The notes under the pieces were generated by a model. That model made no database searches. It had not been told where the DNA came from and saw only the letters and a program-made list of their open reading frames with translations. The position numbers were made by a program, and so were the translations under genes. Source: Clostridia bacterium (GTDB lineage: Bacteria > Bacillota > Clostridia > TANB77 > CAG-508). From it: 64,000 nucleotides of DNA. Positions 59,907-64,000 of this stretch are shown here, one piece after another. Location of the stretch: NCBI GenBank assembly GCA_045643205.1, contig JAZUKI010000010.1, positions 145,608-209,607 on the forward strand, read 5' to 3'. Positions within the stretch are counted from its first letter, which is position 1; each line of letters starts with the position of its first letter.

Positions 59907-62654
59907 TTGATGAAATTATTAAAATCATACAGCGACAAAGAAGTTAAGAGATTACAACCTATCTTAAAGAAGATTAATTCTTACGAAGATGAGTACAAAG
60001 AATTGTCTGATGACGAATTAAAGGCAAAGACTCAAGAATTCAAAGATAGATTAAATGATGGTGAAACTCTTGATGATATTTTACCAGAAGCTTTTGCAGT
60101 TGTAAGAGAAGCTTCAAAAAGAGTTTTAGGATTAAGACATTTTGACGTTCAAATAATTGGTGGTATTATTCTTCACCAAGGTAGAATTGCTGAAATGAAG
60201 ACTGGTGAAGGAAAAACTTTAGTTGCAACATTACCAGCATACTTAAACGCACTAGAAGGTAACGGTGTTCATGTAATCACAGTAAACGATTACTTAGCTA
60301 AACGTGATAGTGAGTGGATGGGAAAAGTATATTCATTCTTAGGTTTAACTGTAGGATTAGTTATAAATGGAATGAAACCAAATGAAAAGCAAAAAGCTTA
60401 CAATTGTGATATCACATATGGTACAAACAATGAATTTGGTTTTGATTACTTAAGAGATAATATGGTTGTTTATAAGAACCAATTAGTTCAAAGAAAATTA
60501 AACTATTGTATTGTCGATGAAATTGATAGTATTTTAATTGATGAAGCTAGAACTCCATTAATTATTTCAGGTAGAGCAAATGAAGCTTCAGATGTTTATA
60601 AGAAAGCAGACACATTCGTTGCTAAGCTTGAGGCTAAAATAATAATTGAAGATGATGTTAAAGATTTTGAAGAACAAGAAGACAATGAAAACTATGATTA
60701 CATTGTTGACTTAAAGGCAAAATCTGCATCATTAACACAAAAAGGTATTGCTAAAGCTGAAAAAGAATTTGGCATTAAAAACTTCAATGATATAGAAAAT
60801 TCTGAATTAGTTCATGCTGTTAACCAAGCTTTAAGAGCTCATGGAATTATGAAAAAAGATGTAGACTATATTGTTAAAGATAAACAAGTTTTAATCGTTG
60901 ATGAATTCACAGGACGTATTATGTATGGTCGTCGTTACAACAATGGATTACATCAAGCTATTGAAGCAAAAGAACATCTAAAAGTTGCAGATGAATCAAA
61001 AACATTAGCTAATATTACATTCCAAAACTACTTCAGAATGTACAATAAATTATCTGGTATGACTGGTACAGCTATGACAGAGGAAGAAGAATTCGAACAA
61101 ATCTATAGATTAGATGTTATTGAAATTCCTACAAACAAGCCAATGATCAGAATTGATAATCCAGATATTACATTCAAAACTGAAGACGCTAAATTTAGAG
61201 CAGTAGTTAGAGATATCAAAAAGAGTTATGAAATAGGACAACCAGTATTAGTTGGTACTGTTTCAATTGAAAAATCTGAAAAATTAAGTAAATTACTTGA
61301 TAAAGAAAGAATTCCTCATCAAGTATTAAATGCTAAATATCATGAAAAAGAAGCTGAAATTGTTGCTCAAGCTGGTAAGTATAAAGCAGTTACAATCGCT
61401 ACTAACATGGCAGGACGTGGTACTGATATCGTTTTAGGTGGTAATGCTGATTACTTAGCAAGACAAGAAATGAGAAACAAATACAACTATGATGAAATTG
61501 AAGAAGCAACAGCATTCAACGAAACAACAGATACAAAGATTCTTGAAAGAAGAGAAGAATATAAGAAATTAGTAGAGAAATATAGCAAAGGTATCAAAGA
61601 CGAAAGAGAAAAAGTTATTGATGCCGGCGGATTAAAAATAATTGGTACAGAAAGACATGAATCTAGACGTATTGATAATCAGTTAAGAGGACGTGCTGGA
61701 CGTCAAGGTGACCCAGGAGAATCTCAATTCTATATTTCATTAGAAGATAATTTAATAAAAATATTTGGTGGAAAAACAATTCAAAGCGTTTACAATAAAA
61801 TGGGAATTGATGATGATCTACCAATCAAATCAAGATTAATTAGTAGCGCTGTTGAACATTCTCAAAAGAAAGTAGAAGGATTAAACTTCTCAATCAGAAA
61901 GAATGTTTTAAGCTACGATGATGTTATGAATAAACAAAGAACTGTTATATACGATCAAAGAAGAGAAGTTCTTGATGGTGAAAACTTAAAAGACAACATT
62001 GATTCAATGATCGATGATGTTGCAGAATCAACAGTAGGATTATTCATAAATGAAAATGAGAAAGATATCGAAGGATTAAAAGCTGAAATATTTAATGAAT
62101 TTGGAATTGAATCATTAGATTCATTAAAAGAAAAGAAAATTAACCAAGAAGATATCTTAAATGAATTATCTGAAAAAGCTCATGCAATATATGATGAAAA
62201 AACTGAAAAATTCGGTGAATCATTAGAAGAACTTGAAAGAGTTGTTATGTTAAAGATAGTTGATCAAAAATGGATGGAACATATCGATAACATGGATGAA
62301 CTTAAAAATGGTATTGGATTAAGAGCTTATGGTCAACATGATCCAGTTGTAGTATACAGAACTGAAGGTGGAGAAATGTTTGATGAAATGTCATATGATA
62401 TTAAATCAGATGTTGTTAGACTATTAATGCATATTACAAAAAGAGATGAAGGCCAAAAGAGAGAAGAAACAGCAAAAATAACAGATGCTAAATTACAACA
62501 AGAAAAAGCAGCAATCGAATTAGTTGATGGAAAAACATCACCAAAAGAAGGCGGAATTAACAGAACAATAGTTAATGAAGAACCTAAGATTGGAAGAAAC
62601 GAACCTTGTCCATGTGGATCGGGTAAAAAGTACAAGAATTGTTGTGGTAAATAA
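59907..62654 (+). CDS. secA: Preprotein translocase ATPase SecA
   Basis: [34 protein letters not shown] motif [18 protein letters not shown]. Confidence 0.98.
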   Translation: MMKLLKSYSDKEVKRLQPILKKINSYEDEYKELSDDELKAKTQEFKDRLNDGETLDDILPEAFAVVREASKRVLGLRHFDVQIIGGIILHQGRIAEMKTGEGKTLVATLPAYLNALEGNGVHVITVNDYLAKRDSEWMGKVYSFLGLTVGLVINGMKPNEKQKAYNCDITYGTNNEFGFDYLRDNMVVYKNQLVQRKLNYCIVDEIDSILIDEARTPLIISGRANEASDVYKKADTFVAKLEAKIIIEDDVKDFEEQEDNENYDYIVDLKAKSASLTQKGIAKAEKEFGIKNFNDIENSELVHAVNQALRAHGIMKKDVDYIVKDKQVLIVDEFTGRIMYGRRYNNGLHQAIEAKEHLKVADESKTLANITFQNYFRMYNKLSGMTGTAMTEEEEFEQIYRLDVIEIPTNKPMIRIDNPDITFKTEDAKFRAVVRDIKKSYEIGQPVLVGTVSIEKSEKLSKLLDKERIPHQVLNAKYHEKEAEIVAQAGKYKAVTIATNMAGRGTDIVLGGNADYLARQEMRNKYNYDEIEEATAFNETTDTKILERREEYKKLVEKYSKGIKDEREKVIDAGGLKIIGTERHESRRIDNQLRGRAGRQGDPGESQFYISLEDNLIKIFGGKTIQSVYNKMGIDDDLPIKSRLISSAVEHSQKKVEGLNFSIRKNVLSYDDVMNKQRTVIYDQRREVLDGENLKDNIDSMIDDVAESTVGLFINENEKDIEGLKAEIFNEFGIESLDSLKEKKINQEDILNELSEKAHAIYDEKTEKFGESLEELERVVMLKIVDQKWMEHIDNMDELKNGIGLRAYGQHDPVVVYRTEGGEMFDEMSYDIKSDVVRLLMHITKRDEGQKREETAKITDAKLQQEKAAIELVDGKTSPKEGGINRTIVNEEPKIGRNEPCPCGSGKKYKNCCGK

Positions 62655-62658
62655 TTTT

Positions 62659-62683
62659 AAGCCCTTGAAATAAGGGCTTTTTT
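62659..62683 (+). terminator. Rho-independent terminator
   Basis: AAGCCCTT-GAAAT-AAGGGCTT plus T-tract. Confidence 0.9.
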
Positions 62684-62808
62684 TATACATTATTATTACA
62701 AATTTATTAGATACCTTATTAAGATATGTACCAGTGTCAAAGTGGGTTAGAGCATAAAATAATATTACAATATTATAAAATTAATTTTATGATATAATTA
62801 AAAAGGAG

Positions 62809-63597
62809 TTGAATGATATGAAGGAATACTTAAATTTTGCAGTGGAAATTGCTATAGAAGCAGGTAAAATAATGCATAAATATTTTAAAGAAAATAATGG
62901 TGCTAATTATAAATTTGATCAAACAATTGTAACTAAAGCAGATACCGAGATAAATCATTTTTTAATTAATAAAGTTAAAGAAAAATATCCTAATCATTCT
63001 GTAGATGGTGAAGAAGAACAATTTGGAAAAAGTAAATATACATGGGTGTGTGATCCAGTTGATGGAACAGCAATGTATGCGAGGCATATACCTGTTGCCG
63101 TTTTTTCATTGGCTTTGGTTATTGATGGTGAGCCAAATGTTGGGGTTGTATATGATCCTTTTACAGAAAATATGTATTATGCTATAAAGGGTGAAGGTGC
63201 ATACAGAAATAGAGAAAGAATACAAGTTAATAATATTTTGCTAGACGATATGAAAAGTGTATCGAATTTTGATATGTGGCCAGAAGCAGAATATAATGTT
63301 TATGATGTGGTAAAGAAATTAGGCGAAAAAACTTATTTTGTTGGAATAGGTAGTGTAATTAGAGCTTGTATGTGTGTTGCCAATGGAGATTTTAATTTAG
63401 CAATTTTCCCGGGTACAAAACATAAAAATTGTGATATTGCAGCAGCAAAGGTTATTGTTGAAGAAGCTGGTGGAAAAGTAACTAATTTATTTGGGAACGA
63501 GCAAAGATATGATAATGATATATCGGGAGCTATTATAAGCAATGGGTATGTACATGATGAAGCAGTAAGTTGTATAAAGGAAATATTAAATAAATAA
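62809..63597 (+). CDS. Inositol monophosphatase family protein
   Basis: VTKAD, GEE, WVCDPVDGT, DIAAA..IVEEAGG; TTG start after AAGGAG. Confidence 0.92.
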   Translation: MNDMKEYLNFAVEIAIEAGKIMHKYFKENNGANYKFDQTIVTKADTEINHFLINKVKEKYPNHSVDGEEEQFGKSKYTWVCDPVDGTAMYARHIPVAVFSLALVIDGEPNVGVVYDPFTENMYYAIKGEGAYRNRERIQVNNILLDDMKSVSNFDMWPEAEYNVYDVVKKLGEKTYFVGIGSVIRACMCVANGDFNLAIFPGTKHKNCDIAAAKVIVEEAGGKVTNLFGNEQRYDNDISGAIISNGYVHDEAVSCIKEILNK

Positions 63598-63728
63598 TTA
63601 GATACCTTTTAGATACACTGAAACAATAAAATATTTTATAAATTTTAGGACAAATCGAGAGGTTTATCCTTTTATATGATAAAATGTGATAGAAAGATAA
63701 ATAGTAATTTGTTGAAGGAGATAACAAA

Positions 63729-64000
63729 ATGATAGGCATATATTTTAGTGGAACAGGAAATACAAAATACTGTCTTAAAAAATTTTTAGAGTATTATAAT
63801 GAAAGTAATGAAAATAAACTATATTCCATTGAAGATAAAAATTGCATAAAAGAAATAAAAGAGAGTAATGATATTGTATTAGCTTATCCAATTCATTATA
63901 GTGATTTACCAATTATTGTTAGAAATTTTATTGTAGATAATAAAGAAATATTTAAAAATAAAAATATATTTATTATTGTTACAATGGGATTGTTTAGTGG
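63729..64000 (+). CDS. Flavodoxin-domain (EFR1-type) protein, truncated by the window end
   Basis: ATG 63729 after GAAGGAG; MIGIYFSGTGNTKY...LAYPIHYSDLPIIVRNF; not in the ORF track. Confidence 0.8.
   Translation, partial: MIGIYFSGTGNTKYCLKKFLEYYNESNENKLYSIEDKNCIKEIKESNDIVLAYPIHYSDLPIIVRNFIVDNKEIFKNKNIFIIVTMGLFS

Overview
A very AT-rich chromosomal segment of a Clostridia-type Firmicute (PolC plus DnaE, SigH, asp23-amaP-nusB-xseAB synteny), probably from a reduced-genome lineage. Nearly all genes are on the + strand. Most content is housekeeping: glyA end, thyX, split transketolase, galE, yebC, ychF, pyrH-frr-uppS-cdsA-polC, dinB, dnaE, nusB, xseAB, fhs, ftsY, pgsA, sigH, rqcH, an mreB paralogue, tex, eno, uvrB, uvrA, cmk, secA, and three tRNAs (Thr-GGT, probable Ile2-CAT, Tyr-GTA). 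I saw no CRISPR array, rRNA, transposase or integrase. The most notable observations are: (1) a HipS-like gene plus a HipA-like kinase with no HipB, downstream of tRNA-Tyr and overlapping a GH25 lysozyme gene; (2) two unrelated hypothetical genes 32 kb apart with the same double TGTWAH-N5-TGTWAH (WalR-like) operator placed exactly 20 bp upstream of a TTGACT-17-TARAAT promoter; (3) phage-like replication enzymes (a divergent DnaB-type helicase and an ATP-dependent DNA ligase) among core genes; (4) a polC-dinB-dnaE cluster with two perfect DnaA boxes and an ACP-like protein that lacks the pantetheine serine; (5) AmaP fused to a histone-H1-like tail; (6) MEP/isoprenoid genes missing from two loci where they usually sit; (7) degenerate tandem repeats filling several intergenic spacers. 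All calls come from motif recognition alone; no database search was run.
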